Source: Dimargaris cristalligena
Taxonomy: Eukaryota
Reading direction: 5' to 3'
Assembly: GCA_003614675.1 (NCBI GenBank)
Contig: ML002276.1
Coordinates: 1-49,598 of the forward strand
Length of the DNA stretch: 49,598 bases
In this document: one piece after another, positions 24,668-36,816 of the stretch
Position numbering within the stretch: the first letter of the stretch is position 1
How the letters are laid out: every line of letters begins with the position of its first letter
Program-made: the position numbers and the translations under genes
Notes under the pieces: generated by a model
The model's input: the letters and a program-made list of their open reading frames with translations, nothing else
Database searches by the model: none
What the model was told of the DNA's origin: nothing

Positions 24668-25710
24668 TATAATATCCGGAGTATTCTAGATTTTGACAAT
24701 CCGGCTCTTTCTCCACCCGGCTATTTCGCTGTTTGATATATATATTCAGATAGGTATATACATCCGAGTATTATAAATTGCGAAGTGGCCAAAGGGCATG
24801 GGGGGGTATATCCTCTATTTGTTGAAGGTCAATAGTGTTTATAGTAATACGTTAGCATGGGTTAAGTCTAGCACCACCACATTAAGGGTTTTCATACAAA
24901 AAGGGAGATGTGCACATCGGGCCCAGCAACCTTGGGATGGTATCCGCTTAATATATATTTTTTGTTACAGATGAATGGAGGGAGGGGGGTATTCAAGAAT
25001 ATTATGAATAGTGAAAGTCACAGGGCTGGCTGTACAGGGTTAAAACTTCCCCCTGGCCAGGTTGGAGTGCAGTCAGTTGACTGATTTGGGCTGCACAGGG
25101 TACGACTATTATACCTCAGTGAGAAGTATATTTAACCAAGTCTACATTAATTTACGGCCAAGTGCCCACTGGTTTTAATACAACAAACAAAGTCAATCTA
25201 GGGAGTGTTTCCCTGAGCAGAGAACCCTCTCCCCAAATACCCCGTCAATTGGGGGAGGCTTGGATTATCGACAACATTCATTAACAATGCCAATCATCCA
25301 GAATGTGGCCAAGGCAAGGAAAATCTAAAACGAGAAGTAGAAGAGTGGAAATATGTATAATATATATATATATATTTAGAAATGATAATAAAAATTTCAA
25401 AAAAGCCTTAAACGAGCGACTAACAACAGGTGGTGGGCGGAAGGGAAGGGGGAAACGAGGGATGGGTGTATGTGTGTGTAGGGGAGGGGGGAATCTTGAC
25501 CAAGCAAGAGGAGGAAGTAAAACGGGAAGGTATGCGTGGGAAGAGAGAGAGGGGGGAAGTTCAGACGACGTGAGCGGGGTAGATGAATATCATACAAGTT
25601 AGGGAGAAGGAGAGCGCTAAAAGGGGGGAAATAGGAGTAGACGACAGACATACATATGGCAGTACGAATGATAGTAAGTAACTAAGGAATAAATCAATAG
25701 AAGAACAGGG

Positions 25711-26907
25711 CTATGATACGGGACTGTTGGTCTGCCGTAGCTCGTCCAGCCGCTGGTCGGCCTTGGACACGGCGCTCTTGTGGAGACTGGAGGCGCGGTC
25801 GGCGACGTCCTGGGACTCCTTGGCCTGGCTCTGGAGCCGCGACCGCATCATGTGGAGGTATTTCTCGTAATCCAGGGGGTGACTCTGGGAGAAGCGGCGG
25901 CGGAGGGAGGCCAGGGGGCCGGATGATGATGATGAAGTGGTCTTGGTGGGAGTGGCAGGGGGGGTGGGCTTGTCGGAGTGGTCACTGAAGGAGGCGTAGG
26001 AGGGGACGTAGGAGAGGGGGGAGGGGGCCACCCGGGACAATGACGACGACGAAGGGGGGGCAGCAGCGCCGGGGTTGAGGACCGAGGTGGTACGCAGGAG
26101 GCCGGCGCGGGTGGCTTCGGGCGGGGGGTGGAGAGCCAGATCCTGCATACTCTGGGAGATGGATACGGGGCTGGTGAGGGAGTGGGACGACTGGTGGTGG
26201 AGGGAGTGACGAGTGGACTCGGGGATGGGGTCGAGAACCAGGCGGTTGGTGGCGGTTACGGGGGAGGTGAGCTGTAGACTGCGACAGGCGCGGCGGCCCA
26301 GCTCTTGCGAGGCGTTGAGGGTATCGTCGGAGTAGGTGCTGGCGGCGTCCATGGACGACGCGAGGTCGGAGTGGGGGCCGGAGAGCCGCGCGGGCAGCGG
26401 GTGGGCGGCTTCGGACAGGTAGGTGGAGCTCTCGTCGGACAGGGAGGGGCGGTGGTGGTAGTCGAGGCGGCGGAGCACCACGTCAATGATATTGTGGTTG
26501 GCGGCATAGACGGGGGCGGGCGGGTCGGCGGAGCGGATAAACGGGCGCAGGACGGTGACCCAGACGTCGGAGTCCTCCTTGGAGTCGGAGTAGAAGTAGA
26601 GGGGCTTGAGGTGGGCCAGGGCGGGGTCGTAGTGCGGGCGGTCGGGCGAATGGCAGAGCATCAGGGCAAAGGGGCTTTTGGCAAAGTGGGGGTCCAGCCC
26701 CACGAAGTTGTACTGCGAGATGGTTACGACGGCGCGGGATACCTCGGTGGGCTTGTTGGAGCGGAACACCAGCAGCGAGTCGTCGATGAGCACGAACCAG
26801 CGTTTGACCCAGCTCTTGCCGAAGCCGCTCGAATGTTTGTACAGCCAGCCCTGGTGGTCGACGTAGCCGACCGACTGGAGTGTGGTCCCGGCTTTGGTCT
26901 TGTCCAT
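25711..26907 (-). CDS. PH-domain protein with a long Ser/Pro-rich disordered tail, 398 aa
   Basis: HQGWLYKHSSGFGKSWVKRWFVL...LLVF...LYFYSDSKEDSDVWVTVL is a canonical PH pattern; first ATG at 26907; strong GC3 bias. Confidence 0.88.
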   Translation of the reverse strand: MDKTKAGTTLQSVGYVDHQGWLYKHSSGFGKSWVKRWFVLIDDSLLVFRSNKPTEVSRAVVTISQYNFVGLDPHFAKSPFALMLCHSPDRPHYDPALAHLKPLYFYSDSKEDSDVWVTVLRPFIRSADPPAPVYAANHNIIDVVLRRLDYHHRPSLSDESSTYLSEAAHPLPARLSGPHSDLASSMDAASTYSDDTLNASQELGRRACRSLQLTSPVTATNRLVLDPIPESTRHSLHHQSSHSLTSPVSISQSMQDLALHPPPEATRAGLLRTTSVLNPGAAAPPSSSSLSRVAPSPLSYVPSYASFSDHSDKPTPPATPTKTTSSSSSGPLASLRRRFSQSHPLDYEKYLHMMRSRLQSQAKESQDVADRASSLHKSAVSKADQRLDELRQTNSPVS

Positions 26908-27220
26908 GGGGTTTATGGTTTGGCAGAGTGGGGTAGAGTAGGGTAGAGTAGTGTAGTTTAGGGGTATGCAAAAAGGAGGGGGAGATTCAAGGTTACAGGG
27001 AGAAGTGTGAGCCAAAGGAGGTGAAATGGGCGAGTGACAAGAAGGAGTGTTAGGGCTGGGTTAAAGTACTGGAATAATAGGGAGAGCGTATAGAAAATAA
27101 GGAAGGAAGGGAGTAACTCGAACAATTGAAGGGGGTTTGGTATTTCTATCTCTCCAGAGCAAAGTAGCGGGGAGGGTTGGTTTAGAGTGGAGTGAGCCTG
27201 TGGATTTTGGTAATGGCAGC

Positions 27221-27259
27221 AACAACAACAATAATAATAATAATAATAATAATAATAAT
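27221..27259. repeat. (AAC)n(AAT)n microsatellite upstream of the PH-protein gene
   Basis: Read directly. Confidence 0.9.
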
Positions 27260-28159
27260 TTATATATATATATAACTGGAATAATACAGCGGCGAGGAAT
27301 GAAATGCAATGAAATCCATTGAAGCCGAAAAAAACAAGATGAAGGAGAAGGAGGGAGAAGGAAGGAGTGAGTGGGGGGATATAGGCACAGTCTACGCATT
27401 TGAGGGGCCAAATAAGGGGGTAACGTCACTCACTCAATGAGCCTTATTTCCACAATCTACTTATATATATATATATAATAAAACGTATACATTAATGTAG
27501 ATTGCCCATTGCAACAAAAAACCGCTCGGCCATCCTGCGCACTGTACACCCGGCTGTACTGCCGCATATATATTATTTTCCTAAAGCATCGGCCCGACGC
27601 CGAAATATCCATCCGTTTGTCGAACCGTCACATACGGACGGGGTCGCACAAAGATATAGCGAGATTCGCCCCGAAAAAACCCCACCACCGCATGCTTCCC
27701 TGTAAATAATAGCCACGTTATTAAGAACCCTCCGTCACCGTCGGCCGCCGTTGGTTGCCTGGGCTGTGGTTTGGGCGCTCGTTGGCAAGTGAATGGCCAC
27801 TCGCTGAAAGGATTGCCCAAGCGGCTGACTTGTGGGGAAAGAGGATAGAAAGATGCTCCCTCCCCACAACCCCTGACTATATATTATCTTATATAAAATG
27901 GTATATATAATCCAGCCGCCAATAGGCCACGCCGCGGAAATCAGACCGCCTTCTCCTTCCATTAAAAAGCCACCAACGCAAAGGCCGATTTGTGCATTTC
28001 CAACCACATCCATCTGCACGCCTTGGTTTCCAAACCCTCAAGTCGTTGGTCCACGCCTACTCTTTCCCACTCTTTCACCAACCTCCGCGTGCGTAAACAT
28101 GTGCCCTTTAGCCCCTATTGTTCTATGGCATCAGTTCTCCATCTATACGTTTACTACAG

Positions 28160-28198
28160 CTACTACTACTACTACTACTACTACTACCACTACTACTA
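28160..28198. repeat. (TAC)n microsatellite
   Basis: About 13 units with one interruption. Confidence 0.9.
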
Positions 28199-30458
28199 TT
28201 AATTACCCAATCACTGTACCAACCTACCCTCCCCGTCGTATTTTATACGCCCCTCCCAGGTATACCACCGCCGTATAAGTAAAAATTATAAAGCTCGCCA
28301 TGGCTGGAGTGCCCGACCTGCGGGGGTCCTTTGCTTACCCTATCCCTATTAAACCCCGTTGGTTGGTGATACTACCAGAAAGGAAATCAATCATGAGCAC
28401 CCACCCCCGTGGGACTCAGCTGCCATTAGCCAACTCCTCCGCCCCTGCGTATCCCTCTAAAACCCCCTCCATTGCCAAAAGTCCGCAATAAAGGGTTACA
28501 GTGGGAGGCGCTGCTACCACCCAACTGATATATACATTTCACACTGATGCCGGTTCTACTCAGCCCATCTTTTCCTTACCTTACCTTATATTCACTTCAC
28601 TCGCTTCCCAGCCAACCTGTTACCGGTGTATCTGAATAGATGTCAACACGGAGTGACGGATTGGCCCGAGTGAAGGTTAGGGAGATCTGTGTGAGCACCC
28701 ACCCACTATGTATCCTTCTGGGATATCGACCAACCTCAAGTCACCGACTCTCCCCCGAACCGACAATCCTCCTTATTCTAGATTATCGACTGGATGCCGT
28801 AGACTCATCGGCCAATTCTTTCACTTGGCCTCTTCATTGTCCCGCTGTCATGGAGATGAAGAGAAGTGGCACAGTGGGGGAAACTACCATTACATTCACA
28901 ATAACCAGTCGCCCGTACTGAGCTGACAGGGACAATCCACTACTACTACTGTTCATCCCCATGACCCAATCGTGAATTAGGTTAGCTTCGGTTAATTGGT
29001 GGAAGCCGAGTAGAGCAGCATCCCCACCACAGTGTCTGTGGTCTGGTGTCTGGTGTGGTGGAGTCAACCGATGCTCCACTGAGACTGTATTGTCTGTGAT
29101 ATATAACCTAAACACGCCAACCAAACTGGTCCTTCATCTCAGCCAGCTTCAATCCAAAGGCGGAAATTCCCTCCAATAGAGCGGTCACCCATCTGATAAC
29201 GGCCTAACAGGCTCCGATGGATTCAGAATTCACGTAATACATAAGTGGTATATGGGGGGGGGCGGATTAGGCAAAATAGTGGCGACTCTCCTATATCGCA
29301 TTCGCGGCCTAGTTAAGGTTGAGATATACTTAGTGGCGGTATGACAATAGTACGCGTAGAATTAAACCATCCTAAAGAAGAAGAAGGGGAGGATATCGAC
29401 TGGCTTAGTGAGCTAGTAATGTAGAAGGACAGGGTATGTCATCTTGATTTAATTGGATTGGGGGTATTGGGCAAGGGCTGCACGGCTCTCTAAACCAATA
29501 ACCCACAGCTATAGAGATTTCAACCCAAAATATAGTCAGGCATGGGTGGGAAACCACAACCTTCTTAAATCACAAATGCCCTTGTATATACATCAGGTGT
29601 ACATGCCATCATTTTATGACTCGCTTAGTCCGACAGTCCACCACCACCCTTCCTGTTAACGCACAGTAAATCATTTATAAAAGGTAACCCCTTCCTTCTT
29701 TAGTCCTCCCTCGACTCCAGACTGGCCAAGTTGTGTGTTAAGTTTTAACTAATTGGCCTTGCACTGCCCCCGAACTTAGTAGGCAATACAATATGGGTTC
29801 CTATTGAAAAGACCTCCGCAATGGCTCTCGTATTGGGTTCCAATCAACTATGCTAAATATATACCATCCCCCTTTCTTTTGCGTCATTTACATACATTCT
29901 TATTTGACAATGATCCCTAATAGTAATAATAATGGCTTCTCGCTCCGTTGGTAAGGGGTTACATTGGGCGGCTGGAAAGAGCCACACTCTATTAAATTCG
30001 GCATAATCATTTCACCAGTTGCTCCACGGTTCGAGTTTCCGAAATACATCACCAATATCAATTTCTGGATGGATTATAATGTGAGCCCCTCGTTTTAAAT
30101 AACAGTGGTTTCCATCAGACTCGTATTTGCACTTTTCTGCCAGTCTCCCCCTACTTAACAAAACAGTCGCCCTCCCTATCCTCAAGTTTATAGTCCCGGT
30201 TTCGTAAAGCCGAATATACATATACCAATTCCGAAAATAAGCATGCCAAAAATAAAGTGCCTATCCCACCTTCCAGTGATTAGACCATACAACGTGAACA
30301 CCAAAAAAATATATATTATATTTGTGGCCGGGATGGTTGGGCTAGTATCAACGAATTAACAACACCAACACTCGATCAATACGAGCCAAATAAATCCCCA
30401 CATTTACTTTGAAATACCAAAAAGTGGTATTTTGCGACTCTCCGTATATAAATGCTCC

Positions 30459-31667
30459 CTAGGCATTAAACGGTTTTGAGCCAAACTGCTCAGAGATAAA
30501 CTTGCCAATCTTACTAATCGCCTGACTGGCCGAGGGAACGTCAATGTCAGCGAACAGTTGGAATATGTGCGGCATATCCGGGTACTCTTCAACCGTGTAA
30601 TCGATTGGGGGTACCGTGGTGGCCAGGCGTTTAATCCAAATCGGGAAGTCATCATGGAGCATGTCCGCATCCCCGTATTGGACAAGTATATGGGGTAGCC
30701 CGGCGAGGTTTGCCTCAAGAATATGGATGTATGAGTGATCACAGCGTTCCAGAAACCTGGAATCGTCCAGGGCCAGACCCGTGTACTTTGTTTGAGAGAG
30801 TTCGGGGTAGTTGCCGAAGTCCGGGTGAATAATGTCAACAGGTTGATTGGTGATATAACTAGGCGTATCGCAGTAGAAATTTACCCATGGAGACATGAGG
30901 GCCGCTGCCCGGGGCAATGGTAGATTATTATCCCGCAAGTACATCATCGTCGCCAAAGCCAAGGCACCCCCGGCACTATCTCCGCAAAAGATAATATCGG
31001 CGGGCTGGAAAGAACCAGTCCCGGTGGGATCAATTAGGGCCAGGTAGGTCGAAATCACATCCATGAGGCCACCGGGGAACGGGTACTCGGGTGCTAACCG
31101 GTAGTCCGCTGATAGCAGGCGGAGATTACACGTTTTAGCCAAGTGGGCTGCTACGCAACGGTGGGTACGAGGTGAAAATTTCGCATATCCACCGCCATGG
31201 ATTAAGAATACAATTCGCTCGCCTGGGTATTGGCATTGTAGTTGGTTAGAGGGCGGTGGTGGCATTCCCTTAGGCACTATCCACTCATGGTACAAAACGT
31301 GAGGCTCCGACAATGTACCAGTCAGGTCCAGGTCGACCAAAGGGGCCAGCGCAGGATGGCTAGAGAAGGTGTGGCAAAGCGGGTAGGCGGTAGCCAAGCC
31401 ATTGTCAACCGGGCAGGGCTGGAGGGAGGCCGGTGTATAGTGGTTACGGTCATCATCGAGGCATTTCAAGTAAAGCCGAACCCAAATTCGCTTGAGTTCC
31501 ATGGCTAAGGTCCAGGTTGGCCGGGGAAGGGGGCGAAATAGGTATCGAAATGAACCCCAAGTCCCCTGAATGATAAACCAAACCCATAGGTGTAACCGTC
31601 GGGGAACATCGGCCCAAGTGGGCGGATATGTGGCCAGTAGGAGGCTGGTAATGGTTCCAAGCACCAT
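30459..31667 (-). CDS. Alpha/beta hydrolase, hormone-sensitive-lipase family esterase with a hydrophobic N-terminus, 402 aa
   Basis: HGGGY oxyanion motif, DYRLAPEYPFP, GDSAGG nucleophile elbow, MSPWV, acid GDADML and HIFQ catalytic His. Confidence 0.92.
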   Translation of the reverse strand: MVLGTITSLLLATYPPTWADVPRRLHLWVWFIIQGTWGSFRYLFRPLPRPTWTLAMELKRIWVRLYLKCLDDDRNHYTPASLQPCPVDNGLATAYPLCHTFSSHPALAPLVDLDLTGTLSEPHVLYHEWIVPKGMPPPPSNQLQCQYPGERIVFLIHGGGYAKFSPRTHRCVAAHLAKTCNLRLLSADYRLAPEYPFPGGLMDVISTYLALIDPTGTGSFQPADIIFCGDSAGGALALATMMYLRDNNLPLPRAAALMSPWVNFYCDTPSYITNQPVDIIHPDFGNYPELSQTKYTGLALDDSRFLERCDHSYIHILEANLAGLPHILVQYGDADMLHDDFPIWIKRLATTVPPIDYTVEEYPDMPHIFQLFADIDVPSASQAISKIGKFISEQFGSKPFNA

Positions 31668-32151
31668 GGCCGATATGATAAATTTGGGTAGCTCAATTAA
31701 ATAAGTAGTTACACAATAGGCAAATACAGAGTGAATTGATGCAGTAGATATAAGTATATACAGGCCAATAATCAGTAGCGGTGAACGGGGATAAGAGGTG
31801 TAGCGAGTGACACACCATGGGTTCTGGTGGGGAGGGGGGAAGGCCAGTCTCCGGCTTAAGTAGTTTTCGAGCCGAGTTAAGAGTCGCGGCCTTCAGTAAA
31901 CGCCTGAAGAATAGGCTGGGAGAATGAGCTAGAGCAACTCCCCATTAGCAGACATAGCAATGTTTCAATGATTCAGCGCGACTCTATAGAAGGAATCGGA
32001 AAGTTGAACAACCACGGTGTGAAAGGGCATGTGGGGCCGCTGCTTCTGCGGTTTAGTGATATCCCACAACCTAAGTGGCCATACATTTATATGCCGCAAT
32101 AGGCACACGGGCCAGAATGGTCCAACTACTGTGAGACTTCCGCGCCCACAG

Positions 32152-32152
<1 letters not shown>

Positions 32153-32188
<36 letters not shown>
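32153..32188. repeat. Compound (CA)n(TA)n microsatellite
   Basis: Read directly. Confidence 0.9.
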
Positions 32189-34888
32189 CCAAAAGAATAA
32201 CAGGTAGTAGTCCGAATAAGGCATTGTATCCAAAACCGGCAGAATTACCATCATTTGCGACAGGGAGGGGAACACAAAGCACTCATCCCAGGGCGACACG
32301 TAAACTTGTCTTGAGGAACAGTCAGGCGACTGAGTAGAATGGCATACAGTTAAAGCGTGGTGGACAATACACCGGCATGCCATCCATAAGACAGGGTACG
32401 CATTTACCCTAAATTAGGGGGTTAATTTACCGCATTCCAATGAAACATCCCACGCACTCGCCGTCACTTTCCGAGAATTCGAGGTTGCTGGCCCTCCCGC
32501 ACCTTTCTAATTCCACCATGCGGGTAATTCATTGCGCCTTACACTCTCGGAATACAGCGGGCACTGCCCCCTAGACCTTCCAAGGAGAAGTTGGGGTAGG
32601 ATTGGCCGGCGGGTTTGCCAGCGACCGGAAATATAGCTAGGTGAAGGGGGTGGCTAATGGTTGCCAATATAGAGTAGTTTCCGACAGTCTTTGGACTGTC
32701 TACTGTAGTTGGTCGAGAAGGTGCGAATCGGTTTGCGATGCTTACCCTCAATTTTTAAAACCTGCGGAACATCGCACTCTAAATAGCCCTTTAGAAGGTG
32801 GTAGAGCTTACTACTGTGCCCGCCAGCCAAGGCGGTGTGGTATCGGAGAATTTGGGGGCCAGTGTTAGTCAGAGGGGGGTGCGTGGTGCAAACGAAAGTG
32901 ATCCAATAATGGAAGAGTTGGAAGATTGGCTTAAATATTTTCATGCGGCACTGTGGTAGGGGGAGTCACCAGACCAATAGCCCTGCAGAGATGTGCCCCG
33001 ATTAATATCTATTATTAGCAACTTAGTAAGAGAGAGAGAGAGAGATGGCGTGTGTGTGAGGGAGTGCGTACAAAAAAAGAGTGGGCGGATGGGACCGGCA
33101 TTACGCTATTCCGTGCATGGGTGAATAAAGTTGGTTGCATAAAACCGGAGAATACAAAGTATCTACCAGAATTGACATCGGAAAATCGGCTTATAAATGT
33201 CCGTTACAGGAGGGGAGGGCCAAAGATTAGACGATTGTCCTGGCAGTGGGGAATCAAAGCCAAGCAACTCGCTAGGATAGGCTGGGATGATGACCGATCC
33301 CTCCCCGACGCAGTTGACCGCGGACCAGGTGGGTTTGTCAAGTACAGCGCCAACGCACATTTGGCATGTAGTGAGACCGGGTTTTTTTAATAAACCGTAC
33401 CTTATCTTACCTTGTATGTAAAATGAATGGTGGAATTTCCCCAGAGTACCCCAAGCCACAAAGCACACAGGGTTGCAATACGTCGCCGGAATGAGAGGAT
33501 AACACCTCTTGAAAGTGCCTACTCTCCACCACTAATCACTGATGTAAAAGGACATTGGAGGAGGAAAACGATGGCAAATGAATGGCATTGACCGGGCGAG
33601 CTAAGCGACGGGGACGCACCCCGAAGAAGCCGTGTGGTTGGGCGGCGGTACCATTGGTGCACTGATTGATCACTTACATACATGCTTAGCTAGGCCGCGA
33701 GTCGCCGCCGTACGCAAGGTGCCTCGGAAGGCTGATTGGCCAGGCTATGCCCCCCACAAGCAAATGAGGCTGGGCTTGGCCAAATGGTGTTAGGAAGAGA
33801 ATAAATGCGCCCCGGTAATTTTCGAGTTGGGATCGGGGGTGCACTTTATATGGGATGCGTGCCACTTTGCTGGCATCATGCGCATACAGCCACCACTCTC
33901 GTTTAGGGGCGCCTAGCCTGGTGGGCATCTTCATGCATTCTATAAATACCGGCTCGGTCCCGGATCCCGCCCTACCTCCGCTCTTTTACCCTTCCATCTC
34001 GCTCTCTCCACCATCGTTAGTTAGCTTGCCGATCGACGACGACCTTCGCCAACGGGAACGTTGCACTTACTCTCGTATACAACATATCAATATATATATA
34101 TATATACGTCCCAGTGGAGTTATTTTGGGCCCATTAATGCCTGGCCCCCCCTCCCCTTGCTTTTATCACTCGTCTGCCCATTTAAACCCACCTTGGTTTC
34201 ATCCCCTGTGGCCCATAGGGAACCCCCCTATATTATTGCTCAGCTTTGGTGCTCTTTCCTTGACTATTTTACAACTTGTCGTTGTTTTCGTTCTCTTTCA
34301 AACCGACTCTCTTCCGCAGGTGTTCTCTAACCACAGACCTCGGCCACTAATGAGAGAACCCCTCTCTCAGCCTTGTTAAGCGCGCCCCTCTCTCCCCAAG
34401 CTGCCTCTTTTTTTTCTTGTTCTCTGTTCATCCCCCTCCATCTCTTCTCTCCAAAGGACATTCCGCGGACTAGTCTTCTTGGTTCCCACTCACCGCTTCG
34501 CTTTCGTTGGTAAGCACAATAGACCACCCGCGCGTGTGTGTATCCCCCTATTCTTATCAACTTCCCCTTTGTTCAGCCGCAATCTCATTCAGTTGTTATT
34601 TCCTATTGTATTTCCCGGTGGGGTTTATTGTGTTGGCCTTGTTTTTTTCGTAGTCCCCAGTTTCCTATTTTCCAGGTTCTATTCCCCGCCATCTTCCTGA
34701 CTTGGAAGAATACCCCTTATTAGCCTCGTTTACTCCGCGCTTCCTCCCACTCCTAATATACTTCACCTAGCCTTTTAATTTTAGTCTGGTTTGCCTGCTC
34801 CTTTCCTTCTTCTCCCACTTTTCTATTTTTGACCTGCTATCCTCGTTTAGTCTATTCTAAACCTTTCCTTCCCCGCCATCTAGTAGCC

Positions 34889-35605
34889 ATGAGAATCTCA
34901 CACCTTGTAGTTCCCCTAGCACTCCTGTGTCTGGTGCAGGTGTCGGTGGGAAGACCTTCCCCTAAGGAAGTCGTTGCTGTCCGTGACACCACTAGCCCTG
35001 CCCAGGCGGGCCCAGCTGCACAGCCCGGGGCCGCCCCCGAGGTCTTGGAAGATACTACCAATATCAGCCAGCGCAGCGAGACCCTTCCTCCGCCGGCTCG
35101 GAAGGAAGTCGTGGTCGATACCAAGCCGGCTTCCAACAAGGATTCCGCCCAGCCGGAGGAAAAAGCCAGCCCACCCACCAAAACCACATCGCCCCCCATT
35201 CAGGTCCGCGAAGCCACCATAGAGACCCCTAAGATTCAGGCCCGTCAGGACGACAATGTGGATGTGGTTACCATCACGACCATCGAGCCCGCCCCCACGG
35301 ACAACCCCGAGGACCAGCAACCCGATGTCGTAGTGATTGAGACCACCGTTCCCCCGCCGGCCAGTACTAGCAAGGCCGCCGAAAATAAGGACCGCGGAGG
35401 CACGGACAACACTACCAAGACGGTTATCATCACCGTGGTGGTTGTGGTGGTGGTGGTTATTGCGGTTGCCGTCGGTATTCTCTTGTTCCGGAAGTACAAA
35501 CTACGGAACCGGCGTCAAGAGCGCATGAAGGAGGCTCTGCCCCAGAACTTTTTCTCGCGCACCCAAGAGTCTGATGCCATGTTCCTCCGACAGCTCAACG
35601 ACTAG
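34889..35605 (+). CDS. Type I membrane protein: signal peptide, Thr/Pro-rich ectodomain, one TM helix, short cytosolic tail; 238 aa
   Basis: Signal peptide MRISHLVVPLALLCLVQVSVG; TM VIITVVVVVVVVIAVAVGILLF followed by basic RKYKLR. TATAAA at 33941; likely 5'UTR introns 34016-34319 and 34510-34883/34886. Confidence 0.88.
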   Translation: MRISHLVVPLALLCLVQVSVGRPSPKEVVAVRDTTSPAQAGPAAQPGAAPEVLEDTTNISQRSETLPPPARKEVVVDTKPASNKDSAQPEEKASPPTKTTSPPIQVREATIETPKIQARQDDNVDVVTITTIEPAPTDNPEDQQPDVVVIETTVPPPASTSKAAENKDRGGTDNTTKTVIITVVVVVVVVIAVAVGILLFRKYKLRNRRQERMKEALPQNFFSRTQESDAMFLRQLND

Positions 35606-36816
35606 TTTCTGCATGGAGTTGCGCTTTATTTGCTCTACTTTGTTCATTTTAAAGTTTTTGGTTCTTGCCTTTTCGGGGCTCCTATATTTCACCATATATG
35701 ACCCTCCCCCATGCTATTACTATACCGGATTTATTCGTGCCATTCAGTTCCGATGGTCAATTATGTGCCCCTCCCTCTCGTTTCCATATTATCTGTTTAC
35801 ATTTTCCCCCTTATTCATATGATGATCACCTCCACCACCTATTACCCTGTCTTTTATAATATTAACCCATCCTATCGTTCAACAATGGCCAAGTTGAATC
35901 GTTGCCCATCGACTTGTCGTCGCCCGCTATGCCTCGATACTCGCCGGTGCTTAGTATTTTAGTATTAGCGAAACCGCTCCGCCTTAAGTTAATAGGTGGC
36001 GCCTCGGTCTCTTCGTAGTCTTTGCTGTGTTTAATAATAAAATTGACCGCTTGGCCGTTTGTGATTATACCACAAATGTTTAAAGGTGTATAAATAGAAG
36101 AAGGGGCGCATTGTTTACACATTGAATAGGCACCCGCCTGAGATTTTCGGGAAAACTTGATTTTAGTAATGAACAGGGGTATTTCACTCCAAGTCCCTGG
36201 GTCGTAAAATACGCATGGCTACGCTTTATTATTGTATTCCCAACGAGGCCTTCATCGACCCAACCTGTCCGACTTTTATTGACAGTTTCCCACCAAGGCC
36301 TTTGCTGGGCACAATGGACTTTCAGTGCTACGGTGTGTTACAATTCGGTGATGGTTATGAACTGCCACAAGGCAAGGCAGGGCCACACCAGACAGGGTGG
36401 CCAAAATATTGGCGGGTTAACTGGAGACGAAGAGGTGCAAAATAATTAGTGTATAGGGGGAGGCTGTAATGGGATGGTGAAAAACCAGTGATTTAGCATG
36501 GGTTGGGATAAATACGCCGCCATCAGGAGGAGGAACAGCTGATTCACTAATGTAGCTAAATCGGCCATGAAGGTGAGATTGATGGGTCCGATAATGGTGA
36601 GTAGCGAATATCCCATTAGAGTACAGCAGTGCCCTCCGGTGCAAAATATATGTAAAACGAAGTATGTAATAATCGACTACATATATTGGACTCGCGAGCA
36701 AAAAACGTGTACTGCTTGAACATAATAATAATAATAATAAGGCCCAAGGGTAACAGGCTCCAACCATCCCCCAGCGAGAATTATAGGCCAATAACCTCCC
36801 TCATTCTAATCACCAG

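Noticed and set aside
28961..29005. SECIS-like ATGA...AA...GGA hairpin
   Set aside because: Helix II has only about 5 good pairs, helix I is missing, and no selenoprotein-like TGA-containing ORF is upstream
36133..36180. TPP-riboswitch-like string CTGAGATT..CGGG.AAAACTTGAT..TAAT
   Set aside because: No P3 stem before CTGAGA, no P5 pairing, no closing CGAAAGG/CGTAGG, and it lies between convergent 3' ends of genes unrelated to thiamine
36461..36475. AGGCTGTAATGG resembling the 5' end of yeast SRP RNA
   Set aside because: No complementary Alu stem and no helix-8 motif downstream
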